Under the pieces are notes generated by a model, which worked only from the letters and a program-made list of their open reading frames with translations, made no database searches and was not told the DNA's origin. Below, in pieces: positions 28,866 through 38,713 of a stretch of DNA of 64,000 nt. The stretch's first letter is position 1. Each line of letters begins with the position of its first letter. The translations under genes and the position numbers were made by a program. Location of the stretch: NCBI GenBank assembly GCA_041690595.1, contig JAWLHB010000006.1, positions 186,001 through 250,000 of the forward strand, written 5' to 3'. The DNA is from Lentisphaeria bacterium. Its GTDB lineage: Bacteria; Verrucomicrobiota; Lentisphaeria; JABSQK01; JAWLHB01.

Positions 28866-30284
28866 ATGCCCCAAGCCGACATGCAGCACTTTGAACTCGC
28901 GCCCCCTCCAGGGTCGGATCACCACCCCACGACCTTCCGCGGCCGCGACGATCATGCGCTCGGCTTTCCTTCCCTCCAGCGCAATATCACCTGGTTCATC
29001 CGCCTGCGATGGATCGTGGTCTCCACCTTTCTCCTCCTCGCCGCGCTGGACGCACTGGGCATGACGCAGGTGATCGGCCTCCGCCTGCCGATCCATTGCC
29101 TGCTATGGCTTGCCGGCATCCTCGCCGCTGCCAACCTCACCTTCGTCATGCACAACCGCCGCCTGTCGCCGGCGCGCCTGCTGGCAGTGCATGGCAACCT
29201 CTGGGCACAAATCACCCTCGACCTGCTGGCACTGACCGTCCTCATCCACTTCGTCGGCAGTCAGGGCACCTTCGCCCCCTTCCTCTTTCAGGTACACATC
29301 ACCCTCGCCTGCATCTTCTTCGCCCGGCGTGAGAGCTTCCTCGTCCTCCTCCTCGCATCCGTCCTCTATGTCTCCATCGTCTGGGCGGAAAACGCCGGGA
29401 TGCTCGGCTCCTTCCATGTCTTCACCCACGCTGGACCTCCAACCCTGCCCATCCAGGCGCAGGTCGTCCACGTGGCCTCTGCCGTCCTCTTGTGGACGAT
29501 CATGTGGGCCCTCGTTTCCCAGCTCAGCGCCCGTCTCCGCATGAGACAACTGGACTTGATCGAGGCGCGCGAGCAGGCCCTCAGAACCTATCGCGACGGG
29601 CAGCTTCACCTGCGCCATACCGCCCACCAGATGAAGGCCCCACTGGATGCCATCCATTCGCAACTCAACCTCATTCAAGGTGGCTACGCCGGCGAAGTCA
29701 GCGACGACGTCGACGCCATACTCGGCCGTATTCAGCAACGTTGCGACAGCCTGGCAAGGTTTGTCGAGGACGTGCTCCACCTGGCGCGCCTCAAGTCCGG
29801 CGAAGAACGGCACCGGGAGACGGAAGCGCTGGCACTCAACGACCTCCTCGCCGAAATCGTCGAAGCCCATTCCGCGCGTGCGGAAGCCAACGCCATCGCC
29901 TGGCGAACCGAGCTGGCCCCCGTCACCGTCGAGGGTAATCGCGAATCCATGGTCATGATGCTCGACAACCTGGTCTCCAATGCCGTCACCTACTCGAATC
30001 CCGGCGGCACTGTCGAAATCTCCTGCTCCCCCGATGCCGATCGGGATGGTGCCCTCGTGATCGTGCGCGACTCGGGCATTGGCATCCCCGCCGACAAGCT
30101 CCCCCGCATCTTCGACGACTACTACCGCACCAACGAAGCCAAGGCCCACAACGCCCACAGTACCGGCGTCGGCCTCGCCATTGTCCGCCAAGTCGCCCTG
30201 AATCATCGCATCCACCTTCTGGTGGAAAGTGCTCCAGCCATCGGCACCACCTTCACCCTGCACATCCCCCCGCACCAGACATAA
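28866..30284 (+). CDS. Membrane sensor histidine kinase
   Basis: Multiple TM helices; H-box AHQMKAPL, N-box NLVSNAVTY, G1 DSGIGI, F-box IFDDYYR, G2 TGVGLAIV. Confidence 0.9.
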   Translation: MPQADMQHFELAPPPGSDHHPTTFRGRDDHALGFPSLQRNITWFIRLRWIVVSTFLLLAALDALGMTQVIGLRLPIHCLLWLAGILAAANLTFVMHNRRLSPARLLAVHGNLWAQITLDLLALTVLIHFVGSQGTFAPFLFQVHITLACIFFARRESFLVLLLASVLYVSIVWAENAGMLGSFHVFTHAGPPTLPIQAQVVHVASAVLLWTIMWALVSQLSARLRMRQLDLIEAREQALRTYRDGQLHLRHTAHQMKAPLDAIHSQLNLIQGGYAGEVSDDVDAILGRIQQRCDSLARFVEDVLHLARLKSGEERHRETEALALNDLLAEIVEAHSARAEANAIAWRTELAPVTVEGNRESMVMMLDNLVSNAVTYSNPGGTVEISCSPDADRDGALVIVRDSGIGIPADKLPRIFDDYYRTNEAKAHNAHSTGVGLAIVRQVALNHRIHLLVESAPAIGTTFTLHIPPHQT

Positions 30285-30294
30285 CCACCATGGA

Positions 30295-30402
30295 GATCCC
30301 CCCCGATCCGCCCGATCCGCCCTGATCCGTCCGATCCGCCTGATGATCCGCCCGATCCGCCCGATCCGCCCGATCCCCCCTGATCCGCCTGATCCGCCCG
30401 AT
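30295..30402 (+). repeat. Imperfect tandem GATCCGCCY array (~11 units)
   Basis: Same unit as 3010-3090, between convergent genes. Confidence 0.9.
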
Positions 30403-30404
30403 GT

Positions 30405-30851
30405 TCAATCCGCGGAAGACGCTTCCGGCCCGGCTGGCGATGCCGTCTTGACCACATTCCCGGCAAGGTGGCGGCAAAGGTAATAATCGGAGACAAAAGC
30501 ATCGTACGTAGCGGGATCACGATAGACGTCATTGACCGTATACCACGCGATCTCTCCGACTTCGGCTTCGTTGGCGAAATAGACCTGCAGCAACGTCGAG
30601 GTACCGCGAAGCGTCCCCGTCACACAGACATAAGTCGCCGGCGACATCCCGGAGGGAGCCTCCTTCTTCCCGATGCGCCGTGCCTCCCAGCTTGCCTCTT
30701 CGAGCATGTCCGCATAAGCAATCGCCAGCGTCACCGTCCCCAACGTCACCCGCTCTTGCATGGCCCGGATGCGGCGCTGACGACAGCCGGTCGAACCCAG
30801 CAGCAAGAGAAGCAGAATCAGGACATGGAGGCAGCGCGGATTAAAGATCAC
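30405..30851 (-). CDS. Putative lipoprotein
   Basis: Hydrophobic signal ending in lipobox-like GSTGC; GTG start overlaps the upstream gene end. Confidence 0.55.
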   Translation of the reverse strand: MIFNPRCLHVLILLLLLLGSTGCRQRRIRAMQERVTLGTVTLAIAYADMLEEASWEARRIGKKEAPSGMSPATYVCVTGTLRGTSTLLQVYFANEAEVGEIAWYTVNDVYRDPATYDAFVSDYYLCRHLAGNVVKTASPAGPEASSAD

Positions 30852-31644
30852 CTAACGTCTCCAGTTCGTCGATTGTCGTATGCATGGCTTGCGACAGATC
30901 ACGAAGCCCCACATCGATCGGTCGATAGTTGAGCCCTTCCGCGGAGCGGGCCTTTGCCGCCGCGATTTGGTCCTCCAGCGCCTTCAACTCGCGCTCGAAC
31001 TGCTGTCGCCTCTGCAAGGGGGTCATCTTGTCCGTGAAGTTCACCGCGACACCCCGCTCCTGCAGTGCATCACGATCCTTGATAAGCTGCTCCAGAAGCG
31101 CCTCGGACTGAAGATAGAGCTTCGCATACAGGTGATTCTCCTGGTCGAGCCCCGTCAGCGCCTCGGCCAGCAACCCAAACAACGAAACCTCTGGAAAAAG
31201 GAGATAAAGCTCCTCCGCGACGGCCTTCTGCCGGTCAACCGTAGCCGGTGAAAGATCGTTGATCAGCGTCCGAAAGAGCGGCGCCAGGGGACCACCTTCA
31301 ATCTGATGCCGATAGCTCCGCCCCAGATTCTCCACGGAACGCTCCGCCTTTGCCGACACCTGCTCCCAGTTCTCCCGCTGCAACGCCGAACAGACCAGTG
31401 ACAACACCTTCTTGCTCGGCTCCGGATAGTGACTGTGAAGAACCTTTGCCGCGGCCCGCGCCCGCTCCGCTTCCCCGGTCGACTCGGCATAATGCAGGAG
31501 TTGTGCCGCAATCCTCACGGCCGTTTCAGAAGATGGTACACCGGCGGCGCTCTCCGCCTGTATACGCGTCAGGAAACCCGTCAGGGCGACGATCAGAACC
31601 AAGAGTGCCTGTAAAGCATTGTTCCGTGGTCTATGCATACCCAT
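30841..31644 (-). CDS. Exported helical hypothetical protein
   Basis: Signal-like N-terminus (ALQALLVLIVALTG...AES) and coiled-coil-like C-terminus; start uncertain. Confidence 0.6.
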   Translation of the reverse strand: MGMHRPRNNALQALLVLIVALTGFLTRIQAESAAGVPSSETAVRIAAQLLHYAESTGEAERARAAAKVLHSHYPEPSKKVLSLVCSALQRENWEQVSAKAERSVENLGRSYRHQIEGGPLAPLFRTLINDLSPATVDRQKAVAEELYLLFPEVSLFGLLAEALTGLDQENHLYAKLYLQSEALLEQLIKDRDALQERGVAVNFTDKMTPLQRRQQFERELKALEDQIAAAKARSAEGLNYRPIDVGLRDLSQAMHTTIDELETLGDL

Positions 31645-31712
31645 ATCATAGCACACCAGCGAACAATGCCTACTGCAATTCAAAAAAAGTTGCTGCAATC
31701 GCCAGAATGTGC

Positions 31713-32363
31713 CTACTTCTCCAGCTCCTTCTGAAATTTCTTAACCTTGGGCTTGATCACGAACTGACAGTAGCTGGCATTCGGATTCAGGCGAAAGTAC
31801 CCCTGATGATACTTCTCGGCAGGATAGAACTTCTCCATGCTTTCAATGGTCGTCACGATTGGATCTTCGAACCGACCCGCCTTCTCCAACTCCCGAATCT
31901 TCCCTTCCGCAATCTTGCGCTGTTCGTCATTTGCCGGAAAAATCACGGAACGATACTGCGTGCCCACGTCATTGCCCTGCCGATTCAGCGTCGTCGGATC
32001 GTGCGTGTCGAAGAAGACGGTGAGCAGCCTTTCGTAGCTGACCACCGCGGGATCGTACTGCAACTGCACCACCTCCGCATGACCGGTACTCCCGGAGCAG
32101 ACCTCTTCGTACGTCGGGTTCTCCGTCTTCCCACCGGCATAACCGCTCACGATCGACTCGACCCCTTCGACAAGCTCATAAATGGCCTCGGTACACCAGA
32201 AGCAGCCGCTGCCGAAGGTTGCGGTCTGCAGATTATTGCGATCACTCATGGAATCGTTGCTCCTCTTGTCGCTCGCAGGCTCCTCGGAACAGGCAGTGAG
32301 TGCAGCCACGCACAGGAGCAGAATGCCCCGGCCCAGCCATTGCGAGTAGTGGTACATCTTCAT
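31713..32363 (-). CDS. msrA: Peptide-methionine (S)-S-oxide reductase with lipoprotein signal
   Basis: GCFWC active site, GYAGG...PTYEEVC...GHAEVV, HDPT.LNRQGND.GTQYRS, FYPAE.YHQ.Y; GGAGGAG RBS; LTAC lipobox. Confidence 0.95.
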   Translation of the reverse strand: MKMYHYSQWLGRGILLLCVAALTACSEEPASDKRSNDSMSDRNNLQTATFGSGCFWCTEAIYELVEGVESIVSGYAGGKTENPTYEEVCSGSTGHAEVVQLQYDPAVVSYERLLTVFFDTHDPTTLNRQGNDVGTQYRSVIFPANDEQRKIAEGKIRELEKAGRFEDPIVTTIESMEKFYPAEKYHQGYFRLNPNASYCQFVIKPKVKKFQKELEK

Positions 32364-32495
32364 CTCCTCCTTCTGAACGGCAGAATCTGCCGGTTGGCGC
32401 CAACGCACCTGCTTACTCTACAGCAATCCCGTCCAAAAGAGAAGCATGTCGCCACATGGAGCCTCAGCTGAACGTCGCGGCACGAGGCACAAGCC

Positions 32496-32921
32496 TCAGT
32501 TCAGATCGCCGTTCCGACCGCGGAGGGAGATCCCATTCAGCTGGGCGGGACGAGCGAACCAGCCCTTCTCGCTGTCGCACCGGCTGCAACGCACCCAGGG
32601 ATCGGATGGTTGCGTGACACCAGGCGTGCCGGGTGCAAAGGAGAGCCACGACTTCTGGTCCGGCGTCTGCCGTCCAGAACAGCCATGCGGGCAGATATCG
32701 AGCGCCCAGCAGGGGCAGGCTTGATTCTCCTTCGCTGCGTCCTGATGAAGCTTCATCAGCAGCAGCGCCATCAGCTTCAGTTCTGGCGGCATGGAATCCC
32801 ATTCCGGCTCGAACTGCTGCACCTCCTCAGGCGTGATGCCGAGGCGTTGCGCAAGTTCACCCCGGCTGATGCCGAGTACCCAACGCAGGTCTGCCAATGA
32901 AATTGGTCGTTTACCGTCCAC
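32496..32921 (-). CDS. XRE-like HTH protein with Cys-rich C-terminal domain
   Basis: LR..LGISRGELAQRLGIT.EEVQQFE HTH; C-terminal CPCW...CP.GC...C..C. Confidence 0.6.
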   Translation of the reverse strand: MDGKRPISLADLRWVLGISRGELAQRLGITPEEVQQFEPEWDSMPPELKLMALLLMKLHQDAAKENQACPCWALDICPHGCSGRQTPDQKSWLSFAPGTPGVTQPSDPWVRCSRCDSEKGWFARPAQLNGISLRGRNGDLN

Positions 32922-33081
32922 CGCTCATAGTCCTGTAAGTGAGAGTGCAGCTCTGGCTGCTTGCTGAATATACCCCCACTCCATGCCGCGTCAAATCACA
33001 AACTCCTTTCGCCCCTCAACGCCTCTTCCCGCCTTCTCCGAACCCAGTGGACGCACCTGCGGTATACCCGTCCACCCCCCC

Positions 33082-33110
33082 GATCCGCCCGATCCGCCCG
33101 ATCCGCCCGA
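33082..33110 (+). repeat. Tandem (GATCCGCCC)x3
   Basis: Third array of the same 9-bp unit. Confidence 0.9.
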
Positions 33111-33123
33111 CCCACCATCACGA

Positions 33124-35580
33124 TCAGCTGCTCTCGCCAGTAGCGACCGGGGGCTCGATCGGGCCTCGCTGCAGGCGGGTCTGGAGACAGGCGATGACAT
33201 AGAAACCGATGAGGACATCCAGTTGATCGATAGGCCCCCAATTCTCTTCGGCCCAGTTTTCCGTCAGTGCATCCAGATACCAGATCCCCAGGGCACTGTG
33301 CTGATCGCGCCAGACCAGATCGGCGATCACCGCCTTGGCGTCGGGACCCGAGTCGATGCTGTAGCCGATGGCCGCGATCCCAATGGCAAGTTTGAGGAGG
33401 AGGTCGGCACAGGAACGCCATTCCTGCCGGTCGTAGGCGCTTTCCAGAGCCAGCGTCATGCGCAGGAGCGCGTCGTCCTCTTCATCGCTGCCGACACGAT
33501 TGAGCCGCTTGTGCAGCATGCGCCGCAGATCCTTGAGCAGCCGCTCCAGCTCACTCCCGTTCGCCTGCAGTTCCCGTGTCAGGAGGCGGTAGAACTCACC
33601 GGGCGTACCCAGAAGATCCGCGACCGCGACGGCGAGGGAGCGTTTGAGGACCGGATTGCGGGTATTACGCAGGTGGGGGATGATTTCATAGATCGCCGCA
33701 AGCTCCCCCAGCCGTGCCAGCGCTTCGCTGGAAGCAGAAAGTACCTTGGAGTCGTCGGTGGTGCGAATCAGGTCGAGCAGCGAAGGAATGGCGCGCGGAT
33801 CTCCGATGGCCCCCAGCGTGCGCGCGCTTTCGGAACATGTCTCGCGATCCCCGTCCGACAGCTTCTCCAGAAGCGCATCGACACTGGCTGGGGCAGGGTT
33901 CTCCCGCAAGGCGCGCGCGATCTGTGGCGCCAAATCGGATTCAGGGGTCTGCAGGCGCTCGATCAACGCCTGAATGGCTTCGGGACTGCCGATCTTACCG
34001 AGCGCCAGCACGGTCTCTTCGCGCACATCCGGCGAAGGATCATCGAGCTTTTCGATGAGATCGCTGACCGCGATACTGGTCTTGCGCTCTCCAAGCCGGC
34101 GAGCCGCGCCGGCGCGCTTGTCGCTGGAGCCATGACTGTTGATCTGGTAGATGTGATAGAGATTGCTCATCGCGCGGAGGGGATTGCCGATCCGCGCCAG
34201 AGCCAGGCCCAGCGGAAGATCGCCTCCCCGGCTGCGCACCATCAGCATCAGCGGCGCACAAATCAGCCAGGAGACACTCACATGCCCCATCGCCAGAACA
34301 TGATAGAAGGAGACGCCGGCGCCGCTGGGCAGTTTCCACGCAAGCGGATGCTCACCCACCCAGTCCATGATGAAACCCGCGATAACCGGCCCGAGTGCCG
34401 CCAGCAGGCCGATGATCGACCAGTGCATCGCCATCGCCACCGTGCGCCCCTCCTTGGGCGCGAGCTGGCTGGCAAGGTGCAACTGGCAGATGCCGATTCC
34501 CGAGTACAACGCCCCGGCTACAAGGTTGGTGCAGGCAAACATCGCGATCGGCTGCGGAACCACAACGGCCCCCAGTATCGGCAGGTACACGTGAACCGGA
34601 TGCGGCGACACGAAGAACCAGGCAAAAGCAAAGGCCGGCGCGGCCACCAGCAGTATCGTCGCAAAGGTACGTGCCCCTACCCTGTCCGCCAGATAACCCA
34701 GCGGGAAGCCACCGATCACCCCCCCCAGCGACGCGCTGATGGTGATCAGCGCAATGTGCGTGTACGAGGCCCCGAAATCTCGCTTCAGATAGATCATGGC
34801 GAAGGAGCCAACCAGGCCGACCCCAAAGTACCACATCCCCATCGAACAGGTCAGCCACCGGAAATCCCGATCCTGAAGCGGCTCCAGCAGCCGCGCCATC
34901 ACCTTGACCTGGTGCGTGCGCCGACGTGCCCGCGGCTCCGGGACACGCAAGTGCACGAGGATATCCGCAATCCCCAGAAGTGCGGCTATGCTGAAGACGA
35001 TCGAGAAGCCCGTGTACTTCCCCGCGTCCGTCGGGAAGGCATCCAGAATCACGCCCGCCACACCCATGGCGATCAGGTACGCGAGCATCACCCAGCTCTG
35101 CCGTTTGCCCCAGAAGCGGCCGCCCACCCCCTCCGGCACCAGATCGGCCATCCAGCTGAACCAGGACGCTGCCGATGCCTGTGCCAGCACCGAGCTGATC
35201 AGCACCACCCCGAGCACCGACCACGCCGTTGCACGGCGATGCTCCGACAAGAGCAGCGGCAGCAGCGCCGGAAGAAACCAGACCACCCGATGCACCACCG
35301 CAAGCGACGCCCAGTATAACTTCCGCGAGGCCAGCCGTTCCGACAAGAACGCCGCCGGCACCTGCGCCACCATCGAGAGCTGCTGCACCGTCACCGTCAT
35401 GCCGATCATCACGCCACCCGCGCCCAGCGCTTCGAAGAGCATCGTCAGCGGTATCCCCAGCGCCATCGCCAACCAGCCCATGCCAAAGGCACCGGCAACA
35501 ATATTCGTGCGCAATCCCTGGCGGATGCGCCGATCAGTCAAAGGCAGGCCATCGACAGTGACCAGAGGGGGCGAAGACAC
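33124..35580 (-). CDS. MFS transporter fused to C-terminal HEAT/PBS-lyase repeats
   Basis: ~12 TM MFS region (SWMADLVP...GRFWGKR; GYLADRVG) followed by LIEKLDDP.PDVREE.VLALGKIG-type HEAT repeats. Start uncertain: GTG 35580 or ATG 35676. Confidence 0.8.
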   Translation of the reverse strand: MSSPPLVTVDGLPLTDRRIRQGLRTNIVAGAFGMGWLAMALGIPLTMLFEALGAGGVMIGMTVTVQQLSMVAQVPAAFLSERLASRKLYWASLAVVHRVVWFLPALLPLLLSEHRRATAWSVLGVVLISSVLAQASAASWFSWMADLVPEGVGGRFWGKRQSWVMLAYLIAMGVAGVILDAFPTDAGKYTGFSIVFSIAALLGIADILVHLRVPEPRARRRTHQVKVMARLLEPLQDRDFRWLTCSMGMWYFGVGLVGSFAMIYLKRDFGASYTHIALITISASLGGVIGGFPLGYLADRVGARTFATILLVAAPAFAFAWFFVSPHPVHVYLPILGAVVVPQPIAMFACTNLVAGALYSGIGICQLHLASQLAPKEGRTVAMAMHWSIIGLLAALGPVIAGFIMDWVGEHPLAWKLPSGAGVSFYHVLAMGHVSVSWLICAPLMLMVRSRGGDLPLGLALARIGNPLRAMSNLYHIYQINSHGSSDKRAGAARRLGERKTSIAVSDLIEKLDDPSPDVREETVLALGKIGSPEAIQALIERLQTPESDLAPQIARALRENPAPASVDALLEKLSDGDRETCSESARTLGAIGDPRAIPSLLDLIRTTDDSKVLSASSEALARLGELAAIYEIIPHLRNTRNPVLKRSLAVAVADLLGTPGEFYRLLTRELQANGSELERLLKDLRRMLHKRLNRVGSDEEDDALLRMTLALESAYDRQEWRSCADLLLKLAIGIAAIGYSIDSGPDAKAVIADLVWRDQHSALGIWYLDALTENWAEENWGPIDQLDVLIGFYVIACLQTRLQRGPIEPPVATGESS

Positions 35581-35826
35581 GAGTAGATATTCTCCAGAAT
35601 AGTCGGCGTACGTTAACCTCTCTTCCCCAACTTTCGAGCCATAACTAAAGGAATAAAAACCCTTTCTCCCCTTCATTCAGACATCAAAGATGCAATGCTT
35701 TGCTTTAAAAGCGATATAGTCGCGCTATCTTCCGCTGAATCCACCTGAGCAAGAACGCCCAAGCCAGGGTGCCGACGCGCCTGCCCCCCCCATCTTCATC
35801 GTCCACTTTCAGCTGCGAGTACTGTC

Positions 35827-37875
35827 ATGCAAGATTCACGTCCCTGGAGCCCCGAGGCGCAGCAGCGCCGATTCCGCGACCTGGCCGCCTTTATCCGCCG
35901 GCAATTCCGCCCTCTGCTGAGTGACGATGCTGAAGCGCCGCGATTGCTCTGGTGGGATCAGCCCCGCGTGCACCTGTGGAGCACGCAGGCGTTCCTTGCC
36001 GGCGATGACAAGGATGCAGCCTTTGCCAACACCATCATCCGTCACGTCCGTGACATCCTTAAGCCGGATACCAACGGCCCCATGCCATTCGAGGCCAGTG
36101 CCAGCGCCAGCATTCTCGCGGCATACGACGACAAGCTGAACGAGGATACCCGCGACTACCTCCGCAACCTCCTGCTGAACGTCGCCCCACACGGCACCAC
36201 CCGCGACTTTCAATTCCACGGCTATAACGACAACATGCCCGTCATGTGGAGCTGGGCGCTGCTCTTCGCGGGCGAGCGTTATGACCGGCCGGAGCTGCTC
36301 GACGTGGCCCGCGCCAACCTGCTGCAGCTCAAGGACATGCTGCGCCGCCGCGGCATCCTCTCCGAGTACGGCATGGGCTACGCAAATCACCGGCTGACAG
36401 GCATCGCCCACATCGCCCATCACTCGCGCGACGCCGAACTGCGGCAGTTGGCGCTCGATCTCGAAGCGCGCCTCTGGGCGGAGTTGGCGGGCCATTGGAA
36501 TCCGGCGTTGGGCATGGTCTGCGGTGCGTCGATGCGGGGCGGTCATCCGGTCAATCCGGAGCAGCATGCCCTCTTCATCAATGTCTTCGGCAAGGGGATA
36601 GAGCGTCCCTGGATGCCTCAGGAGAACCACTTCGACACCAGAGAGGTGGTACGCGAGCTTGGGCACGATCCCGCCCAGTACACCTTTGCCTATCCCTTTG
36701 CCTACGCGGCCGAGTTCGCCGGTGCCGTATATCACGTCCCCGACCAGGTGGCGCCCCTCTTCTACGGTAAGGAGACCCCCTTTACCTTCACCTGCACGGC
36801 CGAATGCGGCTACGTCCATGAAGGCATCTTCCGCAAAATGGAGAAGGTGCTGGGCCAAGGCGGAATCGTCATCACCAACCGCTTCACGGACCAGATCATC
36901 GAGATCGAAGATTATCCCCAGCATGGGGCGCAGCCCCACCGCCTGGTCACCCACCACGGCCGCAACTTCTCCCTCGGCAGCGCCAGCACCAACCTCTTCA
37001 CCACCTCCCATGCCCTGCGTTGCACCTATCGCCGCACGGAGGACGCCGCCAAGTGGGCGGATATCGGTGAGCTGGCGATCCGCTACAATATCAATGGCAA
37101 AGTTCCAGGCGGCCGAACCGTCAACACCTACGCCAAGTCCCCCGAGTACATCGAGCAGGCCGATAATTACTGTCAGCTCTATCGCGACATGGGGCGGCAC
37201 GCCTGCATGCAGCACGGCCCCACCGTCCTCTGCCTCAGTACCCCGGAATTCCGCGAACATTGGGATGTCACCGAATTACGGCTCGACCTCTGCCTCCTCC
37301 AGCAGCATGGCAAGGTGAAGCATTGGGAGCTTGCCGCCGATGGCTCCTCCATCGACCTCAACGAAGGCGCCGTCTACCTGCGCATTCGGCCACTCATCGG
37401 GCGCCACCTCGAACGGAACGTGCCGATACGCGTGCGCGAGATCAAGGAATGGCTGGTTGTCAGCCTCTACAACTACGAAGGCCCTTCCCGGGCTTTCGGC
37501 AAACGCGAAATCGCGAAGCTCGGCAACGGCTTTGTGCTCGAGGTGCGCGATGCCGCGGATTTCCCCTCCTTCCAAGCTTTCCAGGATCGGATGAACGCGG
37601 CGCGCGCACTCGATCAGCTCTATGGCGGCCGTCGGCGCGTCCATTACGCCACCCCAGACCTGCGCCTCTCAACCCACTACTGCCCCTATGCCCACACCAC
37701 CATGCATGCCAGCGTCAACGGCCTCGAAATGGACTGGCCACAGCTCGCCTTCAGCAACGGCCTCGAGCGAGAACTGCCCTTCACCAACGGCAAAGAGGCA
37801 CCCGGCTTCGAGGATTGGGAGTGGATCCGCACACAAATCGAACGCCAAGGCGAAAGCTATAATCCACAGGATTGA
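35827..37875 (+). CDS. Hypothetical protein, possible alpha/alpha-toroid polysaccharide lyase/heparinase-like
   Basis: 682-aa ORF with native codon bias; helical N-half with YNDNMP...G.LSEY motif and beta-rich C-half. Confidence 0.55.
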   Translation: MQDSRPWSPEAQQRRFRDLAAFIRRQFRPLLSDDAEAPRLLWWDQPRVHLWSTQAFLAGDDKDAAFANTIIRHVRDILKPDTNGPMPFEASASASILAAYDDKLNEDTRDYLRNLLLNVAPHGTTRDFQFHGYNDNMPVMWSWALLFAGERYDRPELLDVARANLLQLKDMLRRRGILSEYGMGYANHRLTGIAHIAHHSRDAELRQLALDLEARLWAELAGHWNPALGMVCGASMRGGHPVNPEQHALFINVFGKGIERPWMPQENHFDTREVVRELGHDPAQYTFAYPFAYAAEFAGAVYHVPDQVAPLFYGKETPFTFTCTAECGYVHEGIFRKMEKVLGQGGIVITNRFTDQIIEIEDYPQHGAQPHRLVTHHGRNFSLGSASTNLFTTSHALRCTYRRTEDAAKWADIGELAIRYNINGKVPGGRTVNTYAKSPEYIEQADNYCQLYRDMGRHACMQHGPTVLCLSTPEFREHWDVTELRLDLCLLQQHGKVKHWELAADGSSIDLNEGAVYLRIRPLIGRHLERNVPIRVREIKEWLVVSLYNYEGPSRAFGKREIAKLGNGFVLEVRDAADFPSFQAFQDRMNAARALDQLYGGRRRVHYATPDLRLSTHYCPYAHTTMHASVNGLEMDWPQLAFSNGLERELPFTNGKEAPGFEDWEWIRTQIERQGESYNPQD

Positions 37876-37896
37876 TCGCTACTGAACTGCCCCGAT

Positions 37897-37930
37897 TTGA
37901 CTTTACTGAAGCGTTGTTATAAACTAAAGT
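37897..37930 (+). promoter_or_regulatory. Sigma70 promoter with overlapping inverted repeat
   Basis: TTGACT-17bp-TAAACT; ACTTTA (37900-37905) and TAAAGT (37925-37930) form an inverted pair. Confidence 0.55.
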
Positions 37931-37974
37931 AATTCCCTGTATAGCGAAGGATTCACAGCATTCGGAGCTTCAGC

Positions 37975-38712
37975 ATGAACACTTTGTCACTCTGCGGGAA
38001 GAGAGCTTTTACCCTCATCGAATTGCTCGTTGTCGTTGCTATTATCGCCATCCTCGCCTCCATGCTCTTGCCGGCGCTTACGCAAGCGCGGACCAAGGCA
38101 AGGGCGAGCTTGTGCCAGAACAACCTCAAACAACTCCGCATGTTCTGCAATCTCTATGAGAATGACTTTGACGATTACGCGATCCCCGTAGCCTGGTTCG
38201 ACCTGCCCAACTGGAACCAGCGGATGAAATATCCATGGTGGCAGGCAAATCTGACCGACCTCGGATACTGGACCGGCAAGCTCGCCAACGACCTCGACTG
38301 TCCGCTCCTCCCGACCGCGACCACGGACAAGACCGCCGATCTGCGCGGCTTCAACTATCGCGCCTATTCCCAGCGTGCATTTATCACTTGGAATGGTGAC
38401 ATCCAGCATATCAACTGGCCGCGGTATGGCCGCAACTGGTACATGAACTACTCGAACATCCATGGCTATCGCCACATCAAGGTCACCTCGATGGCGCGAT
38501 CACCCTCGGATCTGCTCGAATTTGCCGACATGGAGCCCGTCTGGGCCTGGGGCGGCGATTCGATTCGCATGCCATACAACATCGGCTGGTATCAGAACCT
38601 TGCGCAAAGCACGCACGACGAGAAGCCGAACATCGGCTTCCTGGACGGCCACGTCGAGCGCCGCCATTACAGCGAAATGAGCAACACCACCAAGCACTTC
38701 TACCACTGGTAG
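37975..38712 (+). CDS. Prepilin-type N-terminal cleavage/methylation protein with H-X9-DG motif
   Basis: [28 protein letters not shown]....[23 protein letters not shown]. Confidence 0.9.
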   Translation: MNTLSLCGKRAFTLIELLVVVAIIAILASMLLPALTQARTKARASLCQNNLKQLRMFCNLYENDFDDYAIPVAWFDLPNWNQRMKYPWWQANLTDLGYWTGKLANDLDCPLLPTATTDKTADLRGFNYRAYSQRAFITWNGDIQHINWPRYGRNWYMNYSNIHGYRHIKVTSMARSPSDLLEFADMEPVWAWGGDSIRMPYNIGWYQNLAQSTHDEKPNIGFLDGHVERRHYSEMSNTTKHFYHW

Positions 38713-38713
38713 A

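Noticed and set aside
28866..30284. Orphan histidine kinase as a novel signalling system
   Set aside because: Canonical motifs; orphan kinases are common and the partner may lie elsewhere
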